A DNA stretch of 64,000 nucleotides from Deltaproteobacteria bacterium (GCA_002709835.1 PAQX01000033.1:8538-72537), one strand, 5' to 3'; counted from the stretch's first letter, positions 16,560 to 26,941 are shown. Notes: generated by a model not told the origin, from the letters alone. Program-made: numbers and translations.

Positions 16560-18523
16560 TCATTCCTCTCCGGTCGGGTGGGCCGGTGCTCGTGCCCCTT
16601 CCAGGCCCCCCAAAGCATGCGTGCGCCCATCGGCTCGTCGGTCGGGAGCGCGCCGTGCGCTCGCATTTCGCTCGGTGCGCACTCGTTGTACCGGCCGATC
16701 GAGACCTCCATGGACTTCTGGAGCGTCTGTCCGTATCCCCGGTCGCCCGGCGGCAGATCCAGAAGGCCGACCGGCTCGTAGGTCAGGCGCGGGGCATCGG
16801 CCTCGGCGTCCCAGCGTGCGAGGGTCCTGTTCAGCCAGTGCGCGTCGTCGCGCGTCGGATGGTCCGTGCGGGCGTGGGCCCCCCGACTCTCCGTCCGCTC
16901 GAGCGCGCCGATGGCCGTGATGCGTGCGAGCCGAACCATGCCCTCGATCCGCATGGCGGCGGTCAGCTCCGGGTCGACGCCGGGACCGCTGCTTCGCAGC
17001 CCGACACGTTGGATGTCGCGCTGCGCTTGCTCGAGCTCCGTGACCGCCACCTCGAGCTCATCGCCCGTTCTGAACACGCCAACCTTCTCGTTCAGGATCG
17101 AGGCGACGCGATCGCGGACGGCGTAGACGTTCCCCCCGGTCGTCGGCCGATCGCGCCAGAGCGCGATCCGCTTGGCGGCGTCGGCCAGGAAGGACTGCGC
17201 GACGTCGGTCGACACGGAGAGCGATGCGGCCGCGGTCCGCTCCGCGACGCGGGCGCCGATCACCCGCCCGGCCACGACGGTCTCCGCCAGGCTGTTGCCG
17301 CCGAGTCGGTTGAAGCCATGCAGATCCCAACACGCCGCCTCACCGACCGCGTAGAGCCCGTGCATCCCGTAGGCCTCGCCGTCCTTGTTCACCCGCACGC
17401 CGCCCATCGAGTAGTGCTGGATCGGGCGCACGGGGATCGGGGCCTTCGAGGGGTCGAGGCCGTTGAAGTCGCGGCAGATGTCCCAGACTTCACGGAGCTT
17501 TGTGCGAAGATGAGCTTCGCCGAGGTGGCGAAGATCGAGCCAGAGGTGCTCGCCGAAGTCGCTGGCAACGCCGTGTCCGCGCTTGATCTGATCCATCATG
17601 TGACGCGAGACGACGTCACGACTGGCGAGTTCCTGCTTTTCCGGTTCGGCGTCGACCATGAAGCGGTGACCGTCGCGGTTCAGGAGGAAGCCGCCGTCGC
17701 CGCGGCAGCCCTCCGTCACGAGGATGCCGCTCGGAACGAGACCCGTCGGATGGAACTGGACGGCCTCCATGTTTCCGAGCGGAACCTCGCCGGTCTCGAG
17801 CGCGAGCACGGCACCGGCGCCCTCGTTGATCGTCGCGTTGGTGGTGTACTGGCCGTAGATGCGGCCGTGTCCGCCGGTCGCCAGAACCGTCGACTTTGCG
17901 AGCCACGCGGTCAGCTCGCCGGTGCGAAGGCAGCGTGAGACGGCGCCCCAGCAGCGCCCCCCCTCGTGGATCAGCGTCGTGGCCTCGACGCGATCGAGTA
18001 CGCGAATGCCGAGTCGCACCACCTCCCCGTCGACCGCGTAGAGCACGGCGTGCCCCGTTCCCGCTGATGCGTAACAGGCGCGCCACTTGGCCGTTCCGCC
18101 GAAGTCGCGATGGGTGATCAAACCGGCCTTTTCTTCCGGCTCCTCGATTTCGACCTTCTCGCCCTTGATGAAGTAGGTGTTCTTACCCGGGCGGACGCGG
18201 GTCCACGGCACGCCCCAATGCGCGAGCTCTCGCACCGCGACCGGTGCCTCGTGTGCGAAGATCGTCGCGACTTCCTGATCCGCGCCCCAGTCCGAGCCGC
18301 GAACCGTGTCGAGGAAATGAACCGTCGGCTCGTCGCCCTCCGCTTTGACGCAATTGCCGAGGGCGGCCTGCATGCCGCCCTGAGCGGCGCAGCTGTGGCT
18401 CCGGCGAGGCGGAACCAGAGAGAGGAGCGTGACGTCGTGCCCGGCGGTGGCGCTTTCGATCGCGCAACGTTCGCCCGCGAGGCCGCCGCCGATCACGAGT
18501 ACATCGGTCGTCTGGATCTTCAT
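16556..18523 (-). CDS. sdhA: succinate dehydrogenase/fumarate reductase flavoprotein subunit
   Basis: DVLVIGGGLAGERCA (FAD dinucleotide fold), SHSCAAQGG (covalent-FAD His region), HPTG, RGDGG, HYSMGG, ESRGAH. Start is ATG 18523. The track ORF (1000 aa) over-extends upstream. Confidence 0.92.
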   Translation of the reverse strand: MKIQTTDVLVIGGGLAGERCAIESATAGHDVTLLSLVPPRRSHSCAAQGGMQAALGNCVKAEGDEPTVHFLDTVRGSDWGADQEVATIFAHEAPVAVRELAHWGVPWTRVRPGKNTYFIKGEKVEIEEPEEKAGLITHRDFGGTAKWRACYASAGTGHAVLYAVDGEVVRLGIRVLDRVEATTLIHEGGRCWGAVSRCLRTGELTAWLAKSTVLATGGHGRIYGQYTTNATINEGAGAVLALETGEVPLGNMEAVQFHPTGLVPSGILVTEGCRGDGGFLLNRDGHRFMVDAEPEKQELASRDVVSRHMMDQIKRGHGVASDFGEHLWLDLRHLGEAHLRTKLREVWDICRDFNGLDPSKAPIPVRPIQHYSMGGVRVNKDGEAYGMHGLYAVGEAACWDLHGFNRLGGNSLAETVVAGRVIGARVAERTAAASLSVSTDVAQSFLADAAKRIALWRDRPTTGGNVYAVRDRVASILNEKVGVFRTGDELEVAVTELEQAQRDIQRVGLRSSGPGVDPELTAAMRIEGMVRLARITAIGALERTESRGAHARTDHPTRDDAHWLNRTLARWDAEADAPRLTYEPVGLLDLPPGDRGYGQTLQKSMEVSIGRYNECAPSEMRAHGALPTDEPMGARMLWGAWKGHEHRPTRPERNE

Positions 18524-19323
18524 ACGGTGGCTCCGAGAAGAAAGGCGAGGGGCGGCTCGATCCATTTCGCGAGCACTGCCAGCGTGAGGAAACCGAGGCC
18601 GAGGAAGCCGTAAAGCAGAACGTGCTCGATCCGGCGGAGTGCAGGCCGTCCCAGTCGGGAACCGATCCCCCACTTGACGGCGAAGCGGTAGAGCCCCGTA
18701 CTCGCATGAAACTCGACGCAGAGCAGCAGCAGCGCGTAGACGATCCAGAGCCCTTCGCTGACGCGTGCCTGCGTCGAGGCGGCTTCGATACCAGTGCGGA
18801 CACCGAAGGTGTCGGTGAAGACGTCGAAACCGACGAGGACCAGGTGGAAGCTGCCGAGAACGAGCAGGATCATCCCCGTCCAGACCTGCCAGACCCAGAG
18901 GCTCGATTCGAGGTGGCCCGGCGAGCGTGCACTCTCGACGCGCAGCGGCTCGGTGACGGCGCGGAGCTTGCGGTGCTCCCGGATCTGGGCGGGGATCTTG
19001 CGGCTGGCCATCGCAGCGTGAATCAGAAACAGCGCGGTGATCGCGAGCACGGTCGGTTGAGCGATGTAGACCTCTTCGAGTCCGCCGGCGAGAGCGTCGA
19101 AGCCGCGGGCGCCGGTCAGGATCGAGCCGACCAACGCCATGTGACCCCACATGAAGAGGGCGAGGGCGACGCCACTTCCACCACTGATGAGCTCGTACCG
19201 AAGCTGTCGCCGGGCTTCGCGCCGTCGCTGAGCGCCGTCGACGCGGGCCTCCCTCCGCGCCCTCCGCGGGGTGGGGGTCGGGGGCGAGACGGGTCGATCG
19301 ATTTCCGCCGGCGCAGCGCTCAA
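18520..19323 (-). CDS. sdhC: succinate:quinone oxidoreductase membrane cytochrome b subunit (single-subunit, 5-TM, type-B-like)
   Basis: Five hydrophobic helices with conserved His residues (MWGHMAL, FLIHAAM, GSFHLVL, VEFHAST). Stop overlaps the sdhA ATG. The start is uncertain: the track uses TTG 19323, which overlaps the MerR stop, and an internal GTG is possible. Confidence 0.75.
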   Translation of the reverse strand: MSAAPAEIDRPVSPPTPTPRRARREARVDGAQRRREARRQLRYELISGGSGVALALFMWGHMALVGSILTGARGFDALAGGLEEVYIAQPTVLAITALFLIHAAMASRKIPAQIREHRKLRAVTEPLRVESARSPGHLESSLWVWQVWTGMILLVLGSFHLVLVGFDVFTDTFGVRTGIEAASTQARVSEGLWIVYALLLLCVEFHASTGLYRFAVKWGIGSRLGRPALRRIEHVLLYGFLGLGFLTLAVLAKWIEPPLAFLLGATV

Positions 19324-20315
19324 ACCTGGATGCCCTCGTGTTCGCAGAGCTCGGCGAGCAACTGCTCCATGGCCGCGCGCGCCTCGGCGGTGCCCTCGGC
19401 CAGCCGTCGGTGTTGCGCCGCGTCGGCCTCGTCCCTCGACTCACAGTTCCGCGAGTACTGCTCGAAGGCGACGAGTCCGGTGACGAGGGAGGACAGATGG
19501 TTCGGACATTCGCAGTCGATCGCCGTCGAGACCTCGAGGAGGCGGGCGAGCTGTGCATCGTCGAAGCGACGCTCGACTGGCCCGCTTCCCGCCGAGCGAG
19601 CGGCTACGGCAGGGCGCGGCGGCACCTGCTTCCGCGCGAGCCGGATGACGAGGAGATCGTCGAGCGTGCGCCGTAGCGAGTCGAGGGGGAGGGGGAGCCG
19701 GCTCGTCACCGCGCCTGCTCGACCGAGCTTGGCGAGCGTCGCGTTCGTTGCGAAGCGGTAGACGACGAGGACGGCGGGGTTGCCCGGCAGCTGACGCGCC
19801 CCACGGAGGGTCGGCGCGGCGATCGGCTGCCCCTTGTCGACCTCGAGCACGACGATGTCCCATCGCTGGTCTTCGGCCTGAACGAGGAACTCTTCGACAT
19901 CCGCCGCGAAGACCTCGACCTCCAGCCCGCCGAAGGCCGCGCCATTCGCCTCGAGTTGACGCCGGATCGAGGGCGAGAGCACCGCAATGCGCGGATCACG
20001 ATCTCCGTCGCTCGCGTCGAGCGGAATGCTGGCGAGCGATTCGTGTTCGGCGATTCGTCCCAGTCGTTCGCGCAGGCTTTCGTCGGGCAGGTGAGCGATC
20101 TGCCCGATCGCTTCGTTGCAATCGACCAGCGCCTTCAACAGCTGGAGGCGCTCGACGGTCTCGTCGTCGTATTGGCGTCGGCCCGTTTCGCTGCGGATCG
20201 GCTTGATCGCGCCGTAGCGCCGTTCCCAGGCGCGAATCGTGTGCGCGTCGATCCCGGTGAGGGATGACACCGTGCCGATTTGATAGAGGCGGACCGTGTC
20301 TTGCGTCGTCGTCAT
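19320..20315 (-). CDS. MerR-family regulator with a receiver-like middle domain and a Cys-rich C-terminal domain
   Basis: N-terminal YQIGTVSSLTGIDAHTIRAWERRYG is a MerR HTH. The middle reads RIAVLSPS...WDIVVLEVD...AVLVVYRF, a CheY-like beta-alpha pattern lacking the acidic pocket. The C-terminus carries IDCECPNHL...C...C. Confidence 0.8.
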   Translation of the reverse strand: MTTTQDTVRLYQIGTVSSLTGIDAHTIRAWERRYGAIKPIRSETGRRQYDDETVERLQLLKALVDCNEAIGQIAHLPDESLRERLGRIAEHESLASIPLDASDGDRDPRIAVLSPSIRRQLEANGAAFGGLEVEVFAADVEEFLVQAEDQRWDIVVLEVDKGQPIAAPTLRGARQLPGNPAVLVVYRFATNATLAKLGRAGAVTSRLPLPLDSLRRTLDDLLVIRLARKQVPPRPAVAARSAGSGPVERRFDDAQLARLLEVSTAIDCECPNHLSSLVTGLVAFEQYSRNCESRDEADAAQHRRLAEGTAEARAAMEQLLAELCEHEGIQV

Positions 20316-20464
20316 GCGTCTCTTTCTATCCGACCGGGTTGATCGGGTGGTCTTGGGTTCGGCTCCGGCGGGCCACTTCGGATCCGCGATCGCGGGACCC
20401 TGGAAAGGGGCGGGGCGGCTTGGAGCCGGCCGCGATGTATGCGTCTGGGACGCTTTGACTCTCG

Positions 20465-21154
20465 TCAGAACTCACTTGCCGGGACGACGCGCTCGCGTTT
20501 GCGAATCGCGTCGACGACCCGTTGCGCCACGCTCTCCGGATCCTTCCCGGCCGGGAGTCGCGGCGCTTCGCCGGCGATGGGCCGGCTCGCGAGGCCGGTT
20601 TCGGTGTGCGGAGGTTGGAGGTCGATCACGTCGATCTTGCGCGCCCGGAGTTCCCGCGCGAGCGCTGCGTCGACGGCGGACAAGGCAGCCTTCGTCGCGG
20701 AGTAGAGCGCCATGCCCGCGGTCGGCCGTTCGCCGACGATTGCGCTGAGATTCGCGAGGAAGCCACCCTTCTCGAGCTCGGGAAGCACGGTCCGCATGAG
20801 TCGCACGGGCCCGATCAGGTTCGTGGTCACCAGTTCGTCCAAGGTCTCGTCCGTGAGTTCGGCGAGCGGGCCGAAGGCGACGACGCCGGTCGCGTTGACG
20901 ACGCCGTCAATTCGTCCAAATCGCGTCACTGCCTCCCACACGCACTCCGTGCAGGCATCCACGTCAGCGATGTCGCCGACGACGCGAGGACCCGGCAGGT
21001 CCAGCTGTGCGAGCTTCGCCTCGTCCCGTGCGAAAAGGGTCAGGCGGGCGCCGGCTTTGATCAGCTGTCGGCCGATCTCCGCCCCCAGCACGCCGGTCGC
21101 CCCGGCCAGCACAACGCTCGCGCCTTCCAGATCGTGGGGTTCCCTTTGCCGCAT
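20465..21154 (-). CDS. SDR family oxidoreductase (short, atypical)
   Basis: VVLAGATGVLGAEIG Rossmann motif and YSATKAAL (YxxxK). Start trimmed to ATG 21154 with AGGAGG upstream. Confidence 0.8.
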   Translation of the reverse strand: MRQREPHDLEGASVVLAGATGVLGAEIGRQLIKAGARLTLFARDEAKLAQLDLPGPRVVGDIADVDACTECVWEAVTRFGRIDGVVNATGVVAFGPLAELTDETLDELVTTNLIGPVRLMRTVLPELEKGGFLANLSAIVGERPTAGMALYSATKAALSAVDAALARELRARKIDVIDLQPPHTETGLASRPIAGEAPRLPAGKDPESVAQRVVDAIRKRERVVPASEF

Positions 21155-21333
21155 CTTGCCTCCTTCGACTGTGGGTGGACTATCTCCGTGGATCAATCGA
21201 TGTCTATGTCCAGGGACGCGAAAATCGGAGAAAAAGCTAGACAGGTCTTGATCAACCCCGTGGCCCACCGCAGCTTGCCGGCAAGGTCGCGGCATGGGAT
21301 CCGCGGCGTCGCGCAAGATGAGGAGGCCGTGGA

Positions 21334-22176
21334 ATGGCGCCCGAGGGAAAGCGGTTCGACGTTCTCGATGTCCATCACCACGTGGGAAACGCGTTCCGCG
21401 CCCTGGGCGGGGATCTATCGAGCGCGCCTGATGCGGAGACCGGGGCGTATCGATCGCGCGAGGTCGCGGATCGGCTCCGGATCATGGACGCGGCCTCGGT
21501 CGCGCAGGCCATCGTGATCCCCGGTCACGGGTACGAACGCGCAAACGGGCTCGCCGCTACGCGGGCCGAGAACGACGCCATCGCCCGCTACCGTGATGCT
21601 CGACCCGATCGCTTTCCTGCTGCGGTGGGCATCGTCGAGCCGCGCGATGGCGCGGCGAGCTTCGAGGAACTCGACCGGGCCAAGCAGCAGCTCGGTCTCG
21701 CGGGGATCAGCTTCCACACGCGGTTCCAGGGGGTGTCGCTCGACAGTCGATGGATCCTCGCGTATGTCGAGCGCATGGCGGAGCTCGGGCTCGTCCCGGT
21801 CGTTCATGCGATGAACGAGACGCCGTAGGAAGCCTTGTGGAAGCTCGCGGTGCTGGCGCGCTCGATTCCCGAGACGCCCGTCCTCGCGCTCGACGCCTTC
21901 TCTTCATACGAGGCAACCCGCGAGTGTTTCTTCATCGCGGAGGTCGCGCCCAACATCCTCTTCGATACGAGCCTCAGCTACAACTTCGACTTCATCGAAG
22001 ACTTCGCGCGCAGCTTCGGCGCCGAGCGCGTGGTCTTCGGCACGGATCTCTACTCGACGCCGGTGGGACGGCGGATCAGTCATCTGCTGCCCCAGATTCT
22101 CGAGAGCGCTCTGTCCGACGGGGAGAAGGCGCGGATCCTGAGCGGCAACGCACGTCAACTCTTCGGTCTCGCCTGA
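21334..22176 (+). pseudogene. amidohydrolase-2 family gene interrupted by one in-frame TAG (21826-21828)
   Basis: Track ORFs 21334..21828 and 21835..22176 are in the same frame. Joined, they give about 280 aa with DVHHHVG (metal HxH), ...VPVVHAMNETP*EALWKLAVL... and ...VVFGTDLYS (C-terminal metal Asp region). Confidence 0.65.
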
Positions 22177-22237
22177 AACGAGGGCCGGCCGCGCGCGGTC
22201 GCGGGGCCGAGGCCCGCCCCGAAGCTAGGCTCCGCCG

Positions 22238-22888
22238 ATGTCCGCTCCTTCTGAGATCGACCCGGATCTGCTCGACCCGATCCCCGCGAATCCCTTTCCG
22301 ACCCTCGTGAGGTGGTTCGAAGAGGCACGCGCATGCGACTCGATCCCGAACCCCGAGGCGATGGCCGTCGCGTCGGTCGACGCGGCGGGGGATCCGCAGG
22401 TTCGGCTCGTCTTGTGCCGCGGTTTCGATCCGAAGGAGGGGCGCTTCGAGTTCTTCACGAACTACGAGAGTGACAAGGGCGTGCAGCTGGACGCTCACCC
22501 GCGCGCGAGCTGCGTGATCCATTGGGATCCCCTGGGCCGGCAGGTCCGCTTCACCGGCGCAGTGGCGCGGACGACAGAGGAGCGATCCGATGCCTACTTC
22601 GCGTCGCGGGATCCGCTCTCTCAGATCTCGGCATGGGCGAGTCGCCAGAGTCGAGTCGTGAAGGATCGCGAGACGCTGGAGGCCTCCCGCGCCGCGCTTC
22701 GGGCGCAGTTGGGAGATGGGTCCGCCGCGCCGATTCCGCGCCCGCCTCATTGGGGCGGCTTCTTGATCGAAGCGGAGCACATCGAGCTGTGGAGCGCCCG
22801 GGAAGGCCGATTTCACGATCGGGCGCGGTGGATCCGGCGACGCGAGGGCACGACGACCCGGTGGGACGGCACGCGGCTGCAGCCCTGA
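22238..22888 (+). CDS. pdxH: pyridoxamine 5'-phosphate oxidase
   Basis: ...NPEAMAVASVDAAGDPQVRLVLCRGFD...FFTNYESDKG...SRQS...PPHWGGF...ELW...R.HDR...RLQP, the full PdxH pattern including the C-terminal RLxP. Confidence 0.9.
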   Translation: MSAPSEIDPDLLDPIPANPFPTLVRWFEEARACDSIPNPEAMAVASVDAAGDPQVRLVLCRGFDPKEGRFEFFTNYESDKGVQLDAHPRASCVIHWDPLGRQVRFTGAVARTTEERSDAYFASRDPLSQISAWASRQSRVVKDRETLEASRAALRAQLGDGSAAPIPRPPHWGGFLIEAEHIELWSAREGRFHDRARWIRRREGTTTRWDGTRLQP

Positions 22889-22933
22889 TGACGGCCGGGG
22901 TAAACCGGCCGCCATCAAGGGGTGAGCAGTCGC

Positions 22934-24808
22934 CTACGCCGATTGGGCGTAGGGGCGGGCACGACCGAGCAGGCGCTCGAGTTCCTCCCGATCCAGGGTC
23001 TCCCGCTCGAGCAGCGTCGTCGCTCCCTCGTCGAGCAGACCGCGATGGATCGCGAGAAGCTCGCAGGCGCGCTCGAAGGCGGTGTCGACGATCTGTCGCA
23101 CGGCTTCGTCGATCTGTCGCGCCGTGTCGTCGCTATACGCGGCGCTCGTGGGGACGGGGCCCAGGTGCTGGGGGCCCGATTCCGCGAAGCTCACGTTGCC
23201 GAGCTCCGGGACCATCGCAAACCGCGTCACCATTTCTCTCGCGATCTGTGTCGTGCGGGAGAGGTCGTCAGCGGCACCCGTGGAAAGATGATCGAAGACG
23301 AGCTTCTCTGCGGCCCGCCCGCCCATCAGGATCGCGAGCCGCGCCTCCAAGTTGTCGCGTGTTTCGAGTTGTCGCTCGCCCTCGGGTCGCTGAAGCGTGA
23401 AGCCGAGCGCGCCCATGTCACGCGGGATGATCGAGATCTTCGTGACGGGATCCGTGTCGGGAAGAGCGGTGGCGACGATCGCGTGTCCCATCTCGTGAAC
23501 GGCCACGATTCGTCGTTCGCGAAGCTCCATTCGCCGCGAGCGTTGTTCGAGCCCCGCGACCTGACGCTCGACCGCCGCATCGAAGTCTCCGAGCGTGACC
23601 GTGCTCCCCCCGCGCCGTGTGGCGACGATCGCCGCCTCGTTAACCAGATTCGCGAGGTCGGCACCGGAGAAGCCCGGGGTGAGGGCCGCGACGTCATCGA
23701 GGGCGAGCGCCTCGTCGACCACGATGTCGTTCGCATGCACGTTGAGGATCGCCAGGCGCCCGGCGCGGTCGGGTCGGCCGATGGTGACGCGGCGGTCGAA
23801 ACGGCCCGAGCGAAGCAGCGCGGGATCGAGGACTTCCGGACGGTTCGTCGCCGCGAGGACGACGATCCCGGTCGATCCGTCGAAACCGTCGAGTTCGACG
23901 AGTAGCTGGTTGAGCGTTTGCTCCTTCTCGTCGTGTCCCCCGAAGCTCGCGCCCGAGGTCCGGGCTCGTCCGAGCGCATCGAGTTCGTCGACGAAGATGA
24001 TGCACGGGGCGGCCTTGCGAGCCTGCTCGAAGAGGTCGCGGACGCGCGCCGCACCCACGCCGACGAACATCTCGACGAATTCCGATCCGCTAATCGAGAA
24101 GAAGGGTACGCCGGCTTCGCCTGCCACGGCGCGGGCGAGCAGGGTTTTGCCCGTCCCGGGCGGGCCGACGAGCAGCATGCCGCGCGGCATTCGCGCGCCT
24201 AGGCGGGCCGTGCTCGCCGGGTCTTGCAGGAAGGAAACAATCTCCTCGAGCTCTCCCTTCGCTTCGTCGATCCCGGCGACGTCGCAGAAACGCGTGCGTG
24301 TATCCTCTTCCGAGACGACCTTGGCGCGGCTTTGCGTCGCCTTCATGAGCGCGGCGGGGCCACCGCCCGCCATCGATCGGCGCATGAGGAAGAACCAGAG
24401 GCTGAGGAAGAGCAGAAGCGGGACGATCGCACGCGCAATCGCGACGAGCGGACTTGGCGGTGGCGTGCCCTCGAAGACGACGTCTCCAGCGCTCAGCTCG
24501 GCGGCGACACCCGCATCGACGGGGTAGGTCACGAAGCTTCGCGTGTCGTTTCCGGCGGCGAGCTCGCCTCGAATCACGTCGCTTGCCACGGTGGCCCGCT
24601 CGACCTGACCATCGGCCAGGAGCGCCTGGAATTCGGAGTAGGGCAACACCGTAGCGGGCGGGCCCAGTGAGAAGAATTGCGTCACGAACATGCCCGCGAC
24701 GATCGAGAGCGCGAAGAACAACGCCAACTGGTTCGCGGGCGGTAGCGACTTCGGGTCGGGCCCATCGTCAGGGGGGGTGGACGGTTTCTGGGGATCGCGA
24801 TGAATCAT
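22934..24808 (-). CDS. ftsH: ATP-dependent zinc metalloprotease FtsH
   Basis: Two N-terminal TM helices, Walker A GPPGTGKT, Walker [12 protein letters not shown] region [19 protein letters not shown], zinc site HEMGHA. Confidence 0.95.
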   Translation of the reverse strand: MIHRDPQKPSTPPDDGPDPKSLPPANQLALFFALSIVAGMFVTQFFSLGPPATVLPYSEFQALLADGQVERATVASDVIRGELAAGNDTRSFVTYPVDAGVAAELSAGDVVFEGTPPPSPLVAIARAIVPLLLFLSLWFFLMRRSMAGGGPAALMKATQSRAKVVSEEDTRTRFCDVAGIDEAKGELEEIVSFLQDPASTARLGARMPRGMLLVGPPGTGKTLLARAVAGEAGVPFFSISGSEFVEMFVGVGAARVRDLFEQARKAAPCIIFVDELDALGRARTSGASFGGHDEKEQTLNQLLVELDGFDGSTGIVVLAATNRPEVLDPALLRSGRFDRRVTIGRPDRAGRLAILNVHANDIVVDEALALDDVAALTPGFSGADLANLVNEAAIVATRRGGSTVTLGDFDAAVERQVAGLEQRSRRMELRERRIVAVHEMGHAIVATALPDTDPVTKISIIPRDMGALGFTLQRPEGERQLETRDNLEARLAILMGGRAAEKLVFDHLSTGAADDLSRTTQIAREMVTRFAMVPELGNVSFAESGPQHLGPVPTSAAYSDDTARQIDEAVRQIVDTAFERACELLAIHRGLLDEGATTLLERETLDREELERLLGRARPYAQSA

Positions 24809-24978
24809 CTCGAGTCTCCCGACGGCGCGACGGTCGCCGTCGGCCGGAGGTGGCGCATGCGAAGACTCTACGTTCGCGATCGCGGGTGTCTAAGCCATGG
24901 CGAAGTTTTCGCGCAGAAAAGTTTGACGCAAGTCAGACGCCAACCACCCGGCAGACGTCTCGCGGCTAGGGTCCAACT

Positions 24979-25992
24979 ATGCCGTCGCCCAATCGGATTC
25001 GCCGCTTCCTCACACGAGCTGCTCTCGTCCTATTCGCGGTCTTATCTGCGGGATGCAGCGAACCTTCGGTCGCGGCCCGACTCCGCTACGTCCGCGCGGG
25101 CGTCGAGGAACTGCTCGACGCGGACGCCCCCGCCGTCCCGGTGCGCGAGGTCGCGCTGCCCCATCGGCGCGAACGGATCCTGACCGTCGAAGATCACACG
25201 ATCGGCCCCTTCGACTTTCTTGCGACCATCGGCTGTCGGCTCTCCGAGGTCGTCGCGACGCGAAACGCTCCGCTGGGCCGTGTACTCCGACCGACGCGTC
25301 GCCTCGCTCACGAGTTCGAGGTGATCGAAGCCATCGAATCGTGTTTACCGACGCTCGGGGAAGAGCGCGCGGCGCGCCTTGCCACGATTCTCGCCGCCAA
25401 GCAGGAGGCGCTGCCCCGTCACGTCTGGAATGCCCTCTGGCTCGACGAAGAGTTGGAGCGATTCCTTTCCTCGGGGCCAGCGGCGCTGATCGGAGGTCGC
25501 GATCCGGGAGACGGTGCACGACAGCTCCGGGTGACCGCCTCCGCCATCGGCGCGCGGGACATCGACGCCCTCGAGGACGCCTTCGAACAGCTCCGGGACG
25601 ATCCGGCGGCCGGGCCGCGCTTTCGGGACGCGGCGGCGGTGACGCGCGAGCTCGAGCAGATCGCGGCGCTCGTTCGGGCGGTGCCGACCGATCGATGTTC
25701 CGCTGCGGGACGACAGCTCGTCCGGATCTTCACGGAACGCTTCGTGCCGGTGCGCGGGCAGGTCGCGGATCTCGATCGCGATGCGCAACGGCTGGCGGAG
25801 GGGGTCCAGGCGGCTTTCGAAGCCTCCGGAACGGCACAGGCGAGCGATGCCATGAACGCGTACCGGATTGCGATCGCAGGGGAGGGCGACGATCCGGGGA
25901 TCGCGGGCGCTCTGCGTGGTGCGATCGTCGGACATGCGCGCGCGTGGAGTGGGGTGCTCGGAGTGTGCGAAGCGATCCCCGGCGCGGCTTGA
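24979..25992 (+). CDS. lipoprotein, DUF3080-like (family unverified)
   Basis: Signal peptide with lipobox LSAGCS. 337 aa with protein-like composition. General resemblance to DUF3080 lipoproteins from memory only. Confidence 0.6.
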   Translation: MPSPNRIRRFLTRAALVLFAVLSAGCSEPSVAARLRYVRAGVEELLDADAPAVPVREVALPHRRERILTVEDHTIGPFDFLATIGCRLSEVVATRNAPLGRVLRPTRRLAHEFEVIEAIESCLPTLGEERAARLATILAAKQEALPRHVWNALWLDEELERFLSSGPAALIGGRDPGDGARQLRVTASAIGARDIDALEDAFEQLRDDPAAGPRFRDAAAVTRELEQIAALVRAVPTDRCSAAGRQLVRIFTERFVPVRGQVADLDRDAQRLAEGVQAAFEASGTAQASDAMNAYRIAIAGEGDDPGIAGALRGAIVGHARAWSGVLGVCEAIPGAA

Positions 25993-26019
25993 GCGCCGTG
26001 CGAAGGAAACGAACGGACG

Positions 26020-26844
26020 ATGCCTGAAGGACCGGAAATCGCGCGGGAAGCGGACCAGATCCGCGCCGCCGTGCTCGACAAGCGCGTCGAGCGCGTTCAC
26101 TTCGGTTTGCCGCATCTCTCGCGGCGCGAAGCGGCCTTCGAGGATGCGCGGGTCGTCTCGGTCCGACCGAGGGGCAAGGCGATGCTGATCGGCTTCGACA
26201 ACGGCCTGACCCTCTACAGTCATAATCAGCTCTATGGACGCTGGTATGTGCGCAAGGCCGGATCGCTTCCGAAGACCCGGCGGCAATTGCGCATGGCGAT
26301 CGAGACGCAGGATCGATGGGCGCTTCTCTACAGCGCCTCCGAGATCGACGTCCTCGACGAGGTGGGGCTCTCGATGCACCCCTATCTCGCGAAGCTCGGT
26401 CCGGACGTCCTCGATCCGACGCTCGAGGCGGCAACGATCTCGGCGCGTCTCGAAGACCGGCGCTTCCAGCGTCGCGGGCTCGGCGCGCTGCTCCTCGATC
26501 AGTCCTTCGTGGCCGGATTGGGCAATTATCTGCGGTCGGAGATCGCCTTCGAGGCGCGGCTTCATCCCGATCAACGCCCCCTCGATCTGGACCCCGCCGA
26601 TCGCCGGCGGCTCGCACGGGCCACGCTCAAGATGGCCCGCCGTGCCTACGAGACGAAAGGCGTGACGCTCCCGAGGTCGCAGGCCGCGGCCTTGCGCAGG
26701 GCCGGGCAGTCGTGGTCGCGCGCGCGCCATTGGGTGTTCGCGCGCGCTCGGCAGTCCTGTCGCCGCTGTGACGACACCATCGTGCGTTTCGATCTGGCGG
26801 GCCGGCGGATCTATGTCTGCCCGACCTGCCAGGTTCTCCGGTAG
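26020..26844 (+). CDS. nei: endonuclease VIII / Fpg-Nei family DNA glycosylase
   Basis: N-terminal MPEGPEI catalytic Pro-Glu, H2TH region GLGNYLRSEI, C-terminal zinc finger CRRC...CPTCQ. Confidence 0.9.
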   Translation: MPEGPEIAREADQIRAAVLDKRVERVHFGLPHLSRREAAFEDARVVSVRPRGKAMLIGFDNGLTLYSHNQLYGRWYVRKAGSLPKTRRQLRMAIETQDRWALLYSASEIDVLDEVGLSMHPYLAKLGPDVLDPTLEAATISARLEDRRFQRRGLGALLLDQSFVAGLGNYLRSEIAFEARLHPDQRPLDLDPADRRRLARATLKMARRAYETKGVTLPRSQAAALRRAGQSWSRARHWVFARARQSCRRCDDTIVRFDLAGRRIYVCPTCQVLR

Positions 26845-26941
26845 TCGACGGGGTTCTGGGACGTGACCCCTCGTCGGTCGTTCGTTCCCCGGCGGGCAGT
26901 CGGCGTCGAGCGGTGTGGAGAGGGCGCGGCCCTTCCCTTTT

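Noticed and set aside
21155-21333. Operator-like palindromes (CTTGCCGGCAAG at about 21283-21294; TTGATCAA-type motifs) in the divergent SDR/amidohydrolase promoter region
   Set aside because: These are plausible regulator sites. However, no adjacent regulator gene is present and there is only a single occurrence of each, which is too weak to call as a feature.
21826-21828. Pyrrolysine or programmed recoding at the in-frame TAG
   Set aside because: No pyl genes or methylamine methyltransferase context are present. TAG is used as a normal terminator by several genes in this window. A pseudogene or a sequencing error is more parsimonious.
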